Below, one piece after another: positions 9,264 to 18,611 of a stretch of DNA of 64,000 nt. Position 1 is the first letter of the stretch, and every line of letters starts with the position of its first letter. This DNA comes from Candidatus Binatia bacterium (GTDB lineage Bacteria > Desulfobacterota > Binatia > Bin18): positions 928,001 to 992,000 of the forward strand of contig OY761159.2 in NCBI GenBank assembly GCA_963664395.2, read 5' to 3'. The notes under the pieces were generated by a model. The model did no database searches, was not told the origin of the DNA, and worked only from the letters and a program-made list of their open reading frames with translations. The position numbers and the translations under genes are program-made.

Positions 9264-10025
9264 ATGACAGACTTAATGCAAGGTAAAGTCGCCCTCGTCA
9301 CCGGCGGCGCTTCGGGAATTGGCCGCGCCACCGCACTGACGTTCGCCCGAGAAGGGGCGCGGGTCGTCGTGTCCGACGTTACGCTTGAAGGCGGGGAAGA
9401 AACGGCCCGCCTCATACGGGAGGCGGGCGGTGAGGCGCTCTTTGTCAGCGCGGATGTATCACAGGCCGCCCAGGTCGAAGCCCTCGTTGCCAAGACAGTT
9501 GAGACCTACGGACGGCTGGACGCGGCCCACAACAATGCGGGTATTGAGGGCAGCTCGGTGATGACAACGGACTATACGGAAGAGGATTGGAATCGGGTGA
9601 TTGCCATCAATCTGACTGGCGTGTGGTTGTGTCTGAAGTACGAGATTCCTCAAATGCTCAATCAAGGTGGGGGCGCGATAGTCAATACGTCTTCAGCCGC
9701 CGGGCTGCTCGGGTTTCGCAGGGGCTCGGCTTATGTGGCGAGCAAGCATGGCGTGCTCGGCTTGACCAAAACCGCGGCCCTGGAGTATGCCAAGTCCGGC
9801 ATTCGCGTCAATGCCGTCTGCCCCGGTGCGATTGATACGCCCATGATGGGCAGGCTGACCGACCACCGTCCCCACCGGGCCGAAAAGATGGCCTCCTTTG
9901 AACCGGTCGGTCGCATGGGCAGCCCCCAGGAAATCGCCGAGGCGGTGGTGTGGCTGTGCTCGGACGCAGCCTCGTTCGTGACCGGACACGCGATGTCCGT
10001 CGATGGTGGGCTGGTTGCGCAATAA
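9264..10025 (+). CDS. Short-chain dehydrogenase/reductase (SDR)
   Basis: TGGASGIG, NNAG, YVASK motifs; AAGGAG RBS before ATG 9264. Confidence 0.95.
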   Translation: MTDLMQGKVALVTGGASGIGRATALTFAREGARVVVSDVTLEGGEETARLIREAGGEALFVSADVSQAAQVEALVAKTVETYGRLDAAHNNAGIEGSSVMTTDYTEEDWNRVIAINLTGVWLCLKYEIPQMLNQGGGAIVNTSSAAGLLGFRRGSAYVASKHGVLGLTKTAALEYAKSGIRVNAVCPGAIDTPMMGRLTDHRPHRAEKMASFEPVGRMGSPQEIAEAVVWLCSDAASFVTGHAMSVDGGLVAQ

Positions 10026-10051
10026 AGGACGGCTTTCGCGGTGGAAACACT

Positions 10052-10399
10052 GTGCACGAAATTACAATCATTGCAGTGCATGACCAGCCGCGAGGGAAGC
10101 TTTATGAAGTACAAGCAAAGAAGAAATCTGCCTCACTCTTGCTGACCTTTCATGTTTTAGGGCGGATAAGCAAATGGCGACTCACAGTCCAGGCGACCTT
10201 ACGGACACTTCTTTATCCAGAAGAAGTTCTCCGTGGACATCGGGGACGTTTTATTGCTCAGCGTCGAACGGGAAGCCACGTTTTGAGGGTCATTTACGAA
10301 TACGAAGCAGACATGCCGGTTGTTGTCACCGTGTACAATCCTGTATCGGAACGCTACTTTCAAGGGCGAGGAACCTATGAAGATCGCATACTCTCCTGA
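10052..10399 (+). CDS. DUF4258-family putative toxin (RelE-like)
   Basis: TFHVLGRISKW...VLRVIYEYE...VVVTVY pattern; overlaps the downstream DUF2283 gene; GTG start at 10052 inferred. Confidence 0.65.
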   Translation: MHEITIIAVHDQPRGKLYEVQAKKKSASLLLTFHVLGRISKWRLTVQATLRTLLYPEEVLRGHRGRFIAQRRTGSHVLRVIYEYEADMPVVVTVYNPVSERYFQGRGTYEDRILS

Positions 10400-10586
10400 T
10401 GCGGATGTCATGATTATCCAACTCCGCAAAGGAACACCTACGGACTCCAAGGATATTGGTGAAGGGATCATCGTTCACCTTTCCGCAAAAGGACGACCGC
10501 TGGAGATTGAAATCCTTGATGCGTCCAAGGTCGTACAAAAAAAGGACATTGAGGTCTCGATGGAGTCTCTCTTCCCTTCAGATTGA
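10377..10586 (+). CDS. DUF2283-family putative antitoxin
   Basis: MKIAYSPDADVMII...GRPLEIEILDASK is the DUF2283 signature. Confidence 0.8.
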   Translation: MKIAYSPDADVMIIQLRKGTPTDSKDIGEGIIVHLSAKGRPLEIEILDASKVVQKKDIEVSMESLFPSD

Positions 10587-10618
10587 AACAGTCCTTCCAA
10601 GTAGCGATCGGATAGCCC

Positions 10619-10648
10619 GTAGGTCGGGTTAGCGGAGCGTAACCCGAC
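10619..10648 (+). repeat. GTAG-headed REP palindrome
   Basis: GTAG-GTCGGGTTA-GCGGAGCG-TAACCCGAC; sister copy at 25871-25900. Confidence 0.75.
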
Positions 10649-10816
10649 ACAGAGCTTACGGACCGCCAACCACCCTGGAAAGCTCAGCCTTCGCAAACGC
10701 AAGAAACGAAAAATAGGGAAATTATAGACAAGGCGCTCCTAGCATTTGGGGGGACGGTCAAGTATATAAATCCCCTATGAAAATATCCTTTTATAAGGAT
10801 AAAGGAGGATGACAGC

Positions 10817-11578
10817 ATGGGAACCCTGACAAGCGGTAAAGTCGCCCTGGTCACCGGGGCCGGCTCGGGTATCGGGCGGGCTGCGGCCCAGATATTTGCC
10901 CGCGAAGGGGCCAAGGTCGCAGTGGCCGATGTTAATGTGGCCGGAGCCGAGGAAACCGTGAAAATGATCCAGGCCGGCGGCGGCGAAGCGTTCTGCATTA
11001 AAGCCGATGTGTCCAAGGCCGCGGAAGTCGAGGCCATGGTTGGCGCGGTGGTCGAGACCTACGGACGGCTGGATTGCGCCCATAACAACGCCGGCATTGA
11101 GGGCGCGCTGGCCTCAACCGCGGATTATACCGAGGCGGACTGGGCGCCGGTGATTGCGATCAATCTGACCGGCGTGTGGTTATGCATGAAGTATGAGATT
11201 CCACACATGCTCAAAAACGGCGGGGGGGCCATCGTCAACACGTCCTCCGCCGCCGGGCTGCTTGGGGCGCCGCGGATGCCGGCCTATGTGGCCAGCAAGC
11301 ACGGGGTGGTCGGCCTGACCAAAACCGCAGCCCTGGAATACGCCAAAGCCGGCATCCGGGTGAATGCTGTCTGTCCGGGCATTATTGATACCTCCATGGT
11401 CGGCCGGCTCAAAGAACGCCGACCCAGAATGTTCGAGAAGATTGAAGCCGGCGAACCCATCGGTCGCATGGGTCGGCCGGAAGAAATTGCCGAAGCCGCA
11501 GTCTGGCTGTGTTCCGACGCGGCCTCGTTTGTCACCGGTCACGCCATGGCCGTTGACGGTGGTATCGTGGCGCAGTAG
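10817..11578 (+). CDS. Short-chain dehydrogenase/reductase (paralog of 9264-10025)
   Basis: TGAGSGIG, NNAG, YVASK; long identical stretches with the upstream SDR. Confidence 0.95.
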   Translation: MGTLTSGKVALVTGAGSGIGRAAAQIFAREGAKVAVADVNVAGAEETVKMIQAGGGEAFCIKADVSKAAEVEAMVGAVVETYGRLDCAHNNAGIEGALASTADYTEADWAPVIAINLTGVWLCMKYEIPHMLKNGGGAIVNTSSAAGLLGAPRMPAYVASKHGVVGLTKTAALEYAKAGIRVNAVCPGIIDTSMVGRLKERRPRMFEKIEAGEPIGRMGRPEEIAEAAVWLCSDAASFVTGHAMAVDGGIVAQ

Positions 11579-11608
11579 CCGAACCCGACACAACAGGAGG
11601 GATTTTCT

Positions 11609-12505
11609 ATGGCGATGTATTGCGGACTGCACGTGGGTGGCGGGGCAGCGCTGAGCGAGGTCGATGGGGCACGCAAAATCGGCGAGACCGCGGAAGCCCT
11701 CGGTTATGACAGCATTGTGACCGGCGACCATATCACCATCCCGAAAAAGATCGACTCGACTTATCCCTATGTTGATGCCGCCCAGGCGCGCGGCCAGGAC
11801 CCCTATTCGGTGTTTACCTCAATGGAATGGATGGACGCCTTCACCGTCCTGGCCCTACTCATTCCGGTTACGAAAACGGTCCGGCTGGGGACCAGCGTGA
11901 CCATCGTTCCCTACCGCCATCCCTTGGAGATGGCGCGGGTGGTGGCCTCACTTGACGTGGCTTCAGGCGGACGGATGATCTTCGGTGCCGGCGTGGGCTG
12001 GATGGCAGACGAGTTCGAGTTGCTCGGGGTTCCGTACAAAGAACGGGCACCCCGTACGCGGGAATATATTGCCGTCATGAAAGAGGTCTGGACGAACGAA
12101 ACGCCCCGCTTTGATGGCAAGTTTGTCCAGATCAATCGCGACCTGCACTTTGCGCCCAAGCCGACCCAAAAACCGCACCCGCCCATCTGGGTCGGGGGCG
12201 AATCCACCCCGGCGCTGAAACGCGTGGTTGAATTCGGTCAGGGTTGGCATATCGGCCCGCTGCCCCTGAGTGATATTCAGCATCGCTTTGGTGAATTGCG
12301 CCAGCTTATGGAAGCCGGCGGGCGGGATTATGCCGAGTTGGAAATCACCTCAATGGTGGACCCCAGCGTCACCGCGGCTGAAATCCGCGCCTACCGCGAC
12401 GCGGGTCTGCACGGCTTGCACGTCGCCTGCGCAGCACCCAAGCCCGAGAGCATCTGTAACGTCATGCGCGACTTCAAGGCCAAGATGGAAGATGCGCTGG
12501 GGTGA
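11609..12505 (+). CDS. LLM-class (probable F420-dependent) oxidoreductase
   Basis: GYDSIVTGDH, RLGTSV, SGGRMIFGAGVGW, PPIWVGGES. Confidence 0.9.
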   Translation: MAMYCGLHVGGGAALSEVDGARKIGETAEALGYDSIVTGDHITIPKKIDSTYPYVDAAQARGQDPYSVFTSMEWMDAFTVLALLIPVTKTVRLGTSVTIVPYRHPLEMARVVASLDVASGGRMIFGAGVGWMADEFELLGVPYKERAPRTREYIAVMKEVWTNETPRFDGKFVQINRDLHFAPKPTQKPHPPIWVGGESTPALKRVVEFGQGWHIGPLPLSDIQHRFGELRQLMEAGGRDYAELEITSMVDPSVTAAEIRAYRDAGLHGLHVACAAPKPESICNVMRDFKAKMEDALG

Positions 12506-12513
12506 AAAGGGGG

Positions 12514-12566
12514 AACCCACCCCGGTCCTTCGACGGGCTCAGGACCACCCCTCCAAAGAGGGGAAT
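12514..12566 (+). repeat. Composite intergenic palindromic repeat
   Basis: GGTCCT-TCGACGGGCTC-AGGACC hairpin followed by CCCCTC-CAAA-GAGGGG. Confidence 0.55.
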
Positions 12567-12694
12567 TGATGGCTCTGTAGCTGGAGATACCCTAGGAATG
12601 CGGGCGTCCTTCCCTTTTCCCTCTTGACACCCCCCTTCTCTCCCCCGTAGGCAGGAGTCTCACGTCGCGATTCCAGAGAGGAGAACTCACACCC

Positions 12695-14752
12695 ATGTGG
12701 CGGGTAGGCGTCGATGTCGGCGGAACATTTACCGACCTGTTTGGCTGGGAAGAAACGACCGGTGAGCGCGTCACGGCGAAGGTCCTTACCACGCCGTGGG
12801 ACCGCTCCGTGGGCGTCATTGAGGCCGTCAAGCAGGCCGCCCGTGATTCTCTCGAAGCAGTCGGGCAATCAGGCATTCCGTTTGACCGGATTTCATGCCT
12901 GGTCCATGGCACAACCACCGCGACCAATGCCCTGATTGAACGCTCGTATCCCGACCCGGCCCTGGTCACCACACAGGGCTTTCGTGACACCATCGAAATC
13001 GGTCGTCAGCATCGAAAGGAACTGTACGACCCCTATCAGGTCAAACCCAAACCGCTCATTCGGCGCCGCTATCGTTACACGGTGCCGCAACGCACGAATG
13101 TCAAAGGTGAAGAAGAACGCCCGCTCGATACAACGGCGGCTCATCAGGTTGCAGAAACCATTAAAGGCGAGGGTATCAACTCTATCGCCGTGTGTTTCAT
13201 CAACTCGTATATCAACGCAGACCATGAGCGTCAGATGCGTGACATCCTGCTCGAACACATTCCTGATGCGCACATTATGTTGTCGGGTGAGACGCGCCCC
13301 TTGTTCCGCGAGCACGGCCGCTTTGTGACCACCGCGGTGAGCGCCGCGCTCAAGCCGGTCATGGGGGCCTATTTCGATCACCTGCTGGAGCGCCTCACCC
13401 AACAGGGCTTTCAGGGCTCGCTGCTTATTCTCAAAAGCAGCGGTGGCGTTATGGGCGTCGAGCTGGCCAAAGAACACCCGGAAGAATTGCTGGAGTCCGG
13501 GCCGGCCGGTGGGGTTGCCTATGCCGGCTATCTGGCCGAGGCCATACACGAGCGCAGCATTATTTGCGCCGACATGGGCGGCACGAGTTTTGATGCCTCA
13601 ATTGTCGAAGACGGCAAGGGACTCGTCACCCGGGAGTATGAACTTGAATTCGAGCTGCCGATTATCCTGCCCATGCTCGATATTCACAGCGTGGGAGCCG
13701 GCGGCGGTTCGATTGGCTGGGTGGATAGCGGCGGCTCACTCCGGGTAGGACCGCGCAGCGCCGGCTCGCAACCTGGGCCGGCCTGTTATGGCAACAGTGG
13801 GACCGAGCCGACGATCACCGATGCCAACCTGCTGCTCGGCCGCCTGGAACCCACCCTGGGAGGGAAGATCAATCTCGACCGTCAGGCGGCGGAACAGGCC
13901 GTGAGCACAGTCGCCCAGCAGCTGAGCCTGTCGGCGGTCGAAACCGCGGACGCCATGATCCAGATCAGTTGTGAGATTATGGCCCAGGCCGTCAAAAAGG
14001 TCATTGTTGATAGGGGCCGTGACCCGCGCGATTTTGTGTTGACCAGTTTTGGTGGGGCCGGACCCATGCACGCCTGCTTTGTTGCCCGGGCCATGAACAT
14101 TCCGAAAGTCATCGTGCCGGCTGCCGCGGGGGTAGCTTCGGCCTTTGGCGCAACCGTCATGGATGTACGCCAGGACGTTGAACAGTTCATGTACTCTCCG
14201 GTTGATGACATTGATCTGGCTCGGCTGAACACGGCCTATGCCGAGCTTGAACAGACTGCCCGCGACCTGCTGGCCCTGGACAACGTCTCCGCGGAAAATG
14301 TAATCATCAATCGCACCGCCCAGATGCGCTATGTGGGCCAGACGTATGAAATTGAAACGCCTATTCCGGACGGCGTGTTGACCGGAGACGCACTCACAAC
14401 CATTACCAACGCCTTTCACGCCGTGCACAAGCAGGAGCACGGCGTCAGTTCGGACATCTTTGACCCGGCGCTTGTCTCACTGAGCGTCGCGGCGACCGCG
14501 CCAACGGCAGCTCTGCCTCCCTATAGAAGTGTCGCCACCGAAAATGTCGTGGCCATGAAGAGTTCGCGCTCGGTGTATTTTTCCGGAGAATGGATCGACT
14601 GTCCGATTTACAACGGCCAGATTCTCCAGCCGGGTACGGAGCTTCAGGGACCGACGATTCTGGAATATCTGGATTCGGTGGCCGTGCTCCCGCCCGGCGC
14701 GCAGGCAACGGTTGATACCCAAGGCAATCTTATTATACAGGTAGGACGATAA
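12695..14752 (+). CDS. Hydantoinase A / 5-oxoprolinase family protein
   Basis: DVGGTFTD, HGTTTATNA, ESGPAGG, DMGGTSFD, GAGGGS motifs. Confidence 0.93.
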   Translation: MWRVGVDVGGTFTDLFGWEETTGERVTAKVLTTPWDRSVGVIEAVKQAARDSLEAVGQSGIPFDRISCLVHGTTTATNALIERSYPDPALVTTQGFRDTIEIGRQHRKELYDPYQVKPKPLIRRRYRYTVPQRTNVKGEEERPLDTTAAHQVAETIKGEGINSIAVCFINSYINADHERQMRDILLEHIPDAHIMLSGETRPLFREHGRFVTTAVSAALKPVMGAYFDHLLERLTQQGFQGSLLILKSSGGVMGVELAKEHPEELLESGPAGGVAYAGYLAEAIHERSIICADMGGTSFDASIVEDGKGLVTREYELEFELPIILPMLDIHSVGAGGGSIGWVDSGGSLRVGPRSAGSQPGPACYGNSGTEPTITDANLLLGRLEPTLGGKINLDRQAAEQAVSTVAQQLSLSAVETADAMIQISCEIMAQAVKKVIVDRGRDPRDFVLTSFGGAGPMHACFVARAMNIPKVIVPAAAGVASAFGATVMDVRQDVEQFMYSPVDDIDLARLNTAYAELEQTARDLLALDNVSAENVIINRTAQMRYVGQTYEIETPIPDGVLTGDALTTITNAFHAVHKQEHGVSSDIFDPALVSLSVAATAPTAALPPYRSVATENVVAMKSSRSVYFSGEWIDCPIYNGQILQPGTELQGPTILEYLDSVAVLPPGAQATVDTQGNLIIQVGR

Positions 14753-14784
14753 CCGGGCAGAATCATTTTTGCATTTACAGGAGG

Positions 14785-16602
14785 ATGGTCATGCAATCAG
14801 GCGCACTCGAACAGGCAGGCGACAGCATTAAAAACCGAGCCGGACTCGATCATATTACCTTTGAGGTCTTACGGAATCTGTTTGAATACACCTGTGATCG
14901 GATGACGACGGTGCTCCAACGGGCATCATTCTCGCCTATTTTGTCCGATATGGTCGATTTCTCAAACGCCATTTATGACCCGCAGATGCAGCTGTTGAGT
15001 CAGGCCGCCAACGTTCCGGTGCACCTGGCGGCAATGAAGTTTTCGGCCCATGCCGTGCGGGATGAATTCGGCATAGAAAATATGCAGGAGGGCGACATCT
15101 ATGTGGTGAACGATCCGTACCGGGGCGGCACCCATATTAATGATATCTCCTGGATCAAGCCTATTTTTTACAAAGGCGCACAGTTGCTGGGATTTGCCGT
15201 CAGCCGGGGCCACTGGATGGACTTTGGGGGGGGTGCGCCGGGCGGTCAGTCGTGGGGCACGCATATCGCGGAAGAGGGACTCCGTATCCCGCCCATCAAA
15301 GCCTTTGAGAACAATGAGATCAAATCGGAAATCCTCAAGATTCTGCTGGCCAATACGCGCACACCCCATTTTGTCCAGGGTGATCTCCAAGCCCATGTCG
15401 GTTGTCTTAAAGCAGCCGAAGAGGAAATGCAGTCTGCCGCCGAGCGGTATGGTCTGGAGACCATCAAAGCGGCAATGGCCGAGTTGATCGCCTATACCGA
15501 ACGTATTGTTCGCAAGAAAATCGAGAGCATCCCGGACGGGGTATATACCGGCGAAGATTATGCGGATACCGATGGCCAGACGGATGATCCCGTGACCGTC
15601 AAGGTGACCCTGACGGTCAAAGACTCGGATATCACGGTAGACCTGACCGGCTCTGACCCACAGTGTCTGGGGGCCATTAACTCGCCCAAGGCCAATACCT
15701 ATTCCGCTGTCTTTTACTCCCTCCAGTTTTTCCTGGAACCCAGCGCACCGCAAAACGAAGGCATGTTCAACCCGATCAGCGTGATCTTGCCCGACGACTG
15801 CTGGTTGAACCCCAAATGGCCGGCCCCGACCATTGGTTGTACCGTTCTGGCTGCACCCAAAGTCGCCAGTGCAGTGTGGCAGGCGATTGCCAACGCCCTG
15901 CCCGACCGCGCGGTTGGTTCCGCCTGCGGCGACTGCAACTGGTTTGTGTGTGGCGTACGTGAAGCAGACGGCAAAACCGACGTCTTCTCCGACCTGCCGG
16001 CCGGCGGCTGGGGCGGGACACCTTTTAACGATGGCATGAACGTGACCATGGACCCGCTGGGCAATTGCATGAACATGGAAGCGGAAACCGCGGAGCTGAT
16101 GTTCCCGATTGCGTATGAAGCCTTTGATATTCGGCAGGACTCCGCCGGGGATGGCCATCATCGGGGCGGCCTTGGGTCCAATCTCAAGATTCGTTTTTTA
16201 TGCGAAGGCGCCATGAGTGTTGAAACGGCCCGGACACGTGAAGGCACGCCAGGCGTGAATGGCGGACAGCGCAGTGCGCCACAGCGCTTGTGGCATCTGT
16301 CGCCGGACGGAACCAAAAAAGTTGTGGGTGGTCTGACCGAAGACAATCGGTGGCTCAATCCGTTGCTGCGCGGACACAAGCTCTCCCATGGCGACACCTT
16401 CTGGTTTGAAACCACCGGCGGCGGTGGCTGGGGCAATCCCCTTGACCGTCCGCTGCAAAAGGTCCTCGACGATACGCTGGACGAGTATATCTCGGTGGAA
16501 AAAGCACGCAGCACCTATGGCGTGGTGGTGGATACCGCAACCAGGACTGTTGACGAAGCGGCCACCCAGGCCCTGCGGGCAGCCATGCGCGGCGGCGCAT
16601 AA
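14785..16602 (+). CDS. Hydantoinase B / 5-oxoprolinase family protein
   Basis: NDPYRGGTHIND, GHWMDFGG, EEGLRIPP, GGGGWGNP motifs. Confidence 0.93.
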   Translation: MVMQSGALEQAGDSIKNRAGLDHITFEVLRNLFEYTCDRMTTVLQRASFSPILSDMVDFSNAIYDPQMQLLSQAANVPVHLAAMKFSAHAVRDEFGIENMQEGDIYVVNDPYRGGTHINDISWIKPIFYKGAQLLGFAVSRGHWMDFGGGAPGGQSWGTHIAEEGLRIPPIKAFENNEIKSEILKILLANTRTPHFVQGDLQAHVGCLKAAEEEMQSAAERYGLETIKAAMAELIAYTERIVRKKIESIPDGVYTGEDYADTDGQTDDPVTVKVTLTVKDSDITVDLTGSDPQCLGAINSPKANTYSAVFYSLQFFLEPSAPQNEGMFNPISVILPDDCWLNPKWPAPTIGCTVLAAPKVASAVWQAIANALPDRAVGSACGDCNWFVCGVREADGKTDVFSDLPAGGWGGTPFNDGMNVTMDPLGNCMNMEAETAELMFPIAYEAFDIRQDSAGDGHHRGGLGSNLKIRFLCEGAMSVETARTREGTPGVNGGQRSAPQRLWHLSPDGTKKVVGGLTEDNRWLNPLLRGHKLSHGDTFWFETTGGGGWGNPLDRPLQKVLDDTLDEYISVEKARSTYGVVVDTATRTVDEAATQALRAAMRGGA

Positions 16603-16653
16603 CCGTCCACGCCATAAAGACACACGAGCCTCCAACACCGTACTCCATTCGCT

Positions 16654-16804
16654 GTAGGGGCGAACCTGTGTGTTTGCCCTGCGCGTACTTCTACTTCGCC
16701 GCTTACGCGGCTACGCTCAGCACGAACGGAGGAGTGAGCCCATCCCTAGCGAAAATTACGACCCTGTGTAGCCGCCCGTCATTCCTGCGGAAGCAGGAAT
16801 CCAG
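16654..16804 (+). repeat. Mosaic cluster of three palindromic repeat families
   Basis: GTAGGGGCGAAC...GTTTGCCCT (16654-16680), CGCTTACGCGGCTACGCTCAGCACGAACGG (~16700-16729), GTCATTCCTGCGGAAGCAGGAATCCAG (16778-16804). Confidence 0.65.
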
Positions 16805-16832
16805 ACTCCCAGCCCCCTCAAGGAAGCGGCTT

Positions 16833-16974
16833 ATAAGGTTGACAATAGAAATGTCAGGGTTCGATAATATTCCTTGTAAAATCAAATACTTATAGATAAA
16901 GCCTCGAAAGCTGCCGCTCCGAAGCGGACACGTAAGCCTCATAAGGTTGACAATAATAATCAATAAGGTTGACA
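16833..16974 (+). promoter_or_regulatory. Three direct repeats ATAAGGTTGACA (putative operator/promoter)
   Basis: Copies at 16833, 16941 and 16963, each containing TTGACA, in an AT-rich region upstream of the HTH remnant. Confidence 0.55.
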
Positions 16975-17002
16975 GACCAAACCATTAAAAAGCACTAAAA
17001 CC

Positions 17003-17265
17003 ATGGCAGGAATACGAGAGCAGGGACGGCTCGTTCGCCGTTATATCTTGGAAAACATTGATTCCAATCCACAACACATTGTCCGTTCCGCAGCTTTCTA
17101 ATTCGGAATATCCCGTCAGGCTGTCAACAAACATCTCAGTCGTCTCGTCAAAGAAGGGCTCCTGACGGCGCAGGGAACGACTGGCAACCACACCTACTCA
17201 CTCACTATCCTGGGGAAAAAGCGTATTGGGGCCCCACTCACCAACGAGACAACTGAAGATGCGGA
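17003..17265 (+). pseudogene. Winged-HTH regulator N-terminal remnant with internal stop
   Basis: MAGIREQGRLVRRYILENIDSNPQHIVRSAAF*FGISRQAVNKHLSRLVKEGLL; TAA at 17099-17101; no recognisable C-terminal domains. Confidence 0.65.
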
Positions 17266-17459
17266 ATCTGAGACAGGTAGTCGGCGCGACAGAGCAGCAG
17301 CTCGCCGCACCACTATATGGAAACAGTCCTGCTGCTCGACCTAGAAAGCGGTTTTGAAACACTGAAAGCGGAGAACCTGAGTTCTAGCTAGATCCGCCCG
17401 TATCAATACGTACGAGATCAAGCTACGCCGGGTCAGGTAGGCAATTCACCCCGATAGAG

Positions 17460-18338
17460 ATGGACCCAGAGAAGCTACCGTTGTTTGGCGGAGTGGCAGG
17501 GGCTACCCTCAGCGTGGATAAGTTCGAGGTCTGCGATGGACTGGTCCTTCGGCAGACATATGCTCATGTGATGTCACCATACATGCTGGCCTTCCAGCGA
17601 CCGGAGCGCGCTGGCCAACACCATCCAGGTCCGTGGAAGACGACGCGCGGCGGCGTGTGGTTGGATGTAGAGATCGAAATTGCATTGCAGGTGGGAGCGC
17701 GTCCAACGGGATTCGACCGCCTCAATACCCTATGGTGGGTCCTCGCACTACTACGGTTATCGACTGGTGCAAGGTTAAGGATGCCAGTTGTGTCCGACAC
17801 TGCGTTTTCGGGTATTGTGGAGAGTTCGGCCGAACCCACCTTGTGGCCAATCGAAACGTTGCCTCGGCAGCTTCACACGATGCCTGATCCACCGGAAGTG
17901 ATTGGGGAGAAAGAGTTGCTGTGGGTGCGCCAAGCGTTTGGCCCCGGTTCCGAGCTGATGAATGATGAAGCTTTCGGGCGTGCATTTCAGACCTTCGATG
18001 ACGTTATTTGGGCGCACTCACCTGGCAGTGCGATTGTAATGACTTGGGCTGCATTGGAGACCCTAATAAGTCCCGGACGCTTTGATATCGCCAAAAAACT
18101 GGCATCCTCGTTGGCCGCGCTCTTGGAGCCCCTGGGTGCCAAGAGAGAACGGTTATTTCAGCAGCTTAAATTGCTATACGAAACCCGCGGTAGCTCCGCT
18201 CACGCATCTCGCTCGCCGGAAGCACAGCAACTCTTTGAGAGTTTAGGCGTTGCTCGACGAGCCTTCATCGCGTGTATCGACAACCGGGAGTTGCCGAAGG
18301 CTGAGACGCTTCTCAAAATGTGGCGACTGAAAAGGTAG
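17460..18338 (+). CDS. ApeA-like HEPN domain protein (putative RNase / defence)
   Basis: C-terminal WAALETL and LYETRGSSAH (R-x4-H HEPN motif). Confidence 0.7.
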   Translation: MDPEKLPLFGGVAGATLSVDKFEVCDGLVLRQTYAHVMSPYMLAFQRPERAGQHHPGPWKTTRGGVWLDVEIEIALQVGARPTGFDRLNTLWWVLALLRLSTGARLRMPVVSDTAFSGIVESSAEPTLWPIETLPRQLHTMPDPPEVIGEKELLWVRQAFGPGSELMNDEAFGRAFQTFDDVIWAHSPGSAIVMTWAALETLISPGRFDIAKKLASSLAALLEPLGAKRERLFQQLKLLYETRGSSAHASRSPEAQQLFESLGVARRAFIACIDNRELPKAETLLKMWRLKR

Positions 18339-18522
18339 CGGCCCGTTCCCGACGCATCGTTGATGATGCCGCCATTTCTGGACAGCACGTTGGACGAGTG
18401 CATGATCGTTGTCTCCGTCACCAGTGGTTCGTCTGCCGGCTGCTGGTGCTGCCCTCTGGAGGGTACGACCTCCGATGAGAGAGGGTAGGTCACCGAGGGG
18501 GCAATTCGAGGGGCGCGGTTTG

Positions 18523-18548
18523 GGCGAGGCCGCGATCGCGGCCTCGCC
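18523..18548. repeat. Perfect 26-bp palindrome between convergent genes
   Basis: GGCGAGGCCGCGATCGCGGCCTCGCC. Confidence 0.7.
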
Positions 18549-18611
18549 GGTGTACGGCAAGCCTCACGGCGAGATTGGGGTAGTGGTGCAACAGAAGGGG
18601 CCGGATCCGCG

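Noticed and set aside
14962-16161. 399-aa minus-strand ORF
   Set aside because: Entirely antisense to hydantoinase B; no motifs
17099-17101. In-frame stop in the HTH gene as recoding
   Set aside because: It is TAA, there is no SECIS-like context, and the gene is also truncated
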